From Candidatus Omnitrophota bacterium (lineage in GTDB: Bacteria > Omnitrophota > Gorgyraeia > Zapsychrales > Zapsychraceae), in contig JAGOSC010000003.1 in NCBI GenBank assembly GCA_018062515.1, positions 14,495 through 78,494 of the forward strand: a stretch of DNA of 64,000 nucleotides, written 5' to 3'. More model-generated notes on the stretch are below. The model was not told where the DNA came from. It saw only the letters and a list, made by a program, of their open reading frames with translations, and searched no databases. Positions within the stretch are counted from its first letter, which is position 1. The letters are not shown here.

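Noticed and set aside
18956-64000. Possibility that the giant ORF is a pseudogene or an assembly chimera of many genes
   Set aside because: There are zero in-frame stops over 45 kb. Every recognisable domain is in the same frame and strand, and composition is uniform. It cannot be excluded without reads, but nothing in the sequence suggests it.

Overview
AT-rich bacterial window with two parts. (1) Positions 1-18.8 kb hold an ordinary, tightly packed housekeeping neighbourhood. A minus-strand array rdgB-rph-queF-queE-queC-queD-murI-amidase-secretin-merR has 4-nt/1-nt start/stop overlaps at several junctions. It is followed by a small membrane protein and an orphan receiver domain, a CPBP-protease/TPR fusion, an RsmB/F-type methyltransferase, a TPR-bearing membrane protein, a type-IV-pilin-like gene, a secreted coiled-coil protein, and mutS-mutL. 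(2) Positions 18,956-64,000 are one uninterrupted minus-strand reading frame of at least 15,010 codons. Its 5' end runs off the window, so the gene is larger still. Read domain by domain, the giant protein is a membrane-threaded mosaic of complete enzymatic modules. These include peptidoglycan hydrolases (M15-like, SLT lytic transglycosylase, degenerate M23). They also include a YD/Rhs-like beta-repeat region and an FKS1/callose-synthase-like GT48 glucan synthase core flanked by multi-TM blocks. There is an expanded but complete RelA/SpoT-type module (HD hydrolase, synthetase-like, TGS, two ACT). There is an alpha-glucan toolkit (GH13 amylase, GH77 4-alpha-glucanotransferase, GlgB branching enzyme with CBM48). 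There is a PLP fold-type-II enzyme domain. Several internal tandem repeats are present. A 30-nt DNA motif (core GATTCCCCAATCG on the + strand) recurs 12 times and is translated in two different reading frames (..TIGESEK.. versus ..NDWGIGN..). All functional calls rest on motif recognition by eye; no database search was possible. The overall picture (AT-rich, compact, giant gene carrying cell-wall hydrolases) resembles what has been reported for Omnitrophota-like giant genes, but that assignment is inference.
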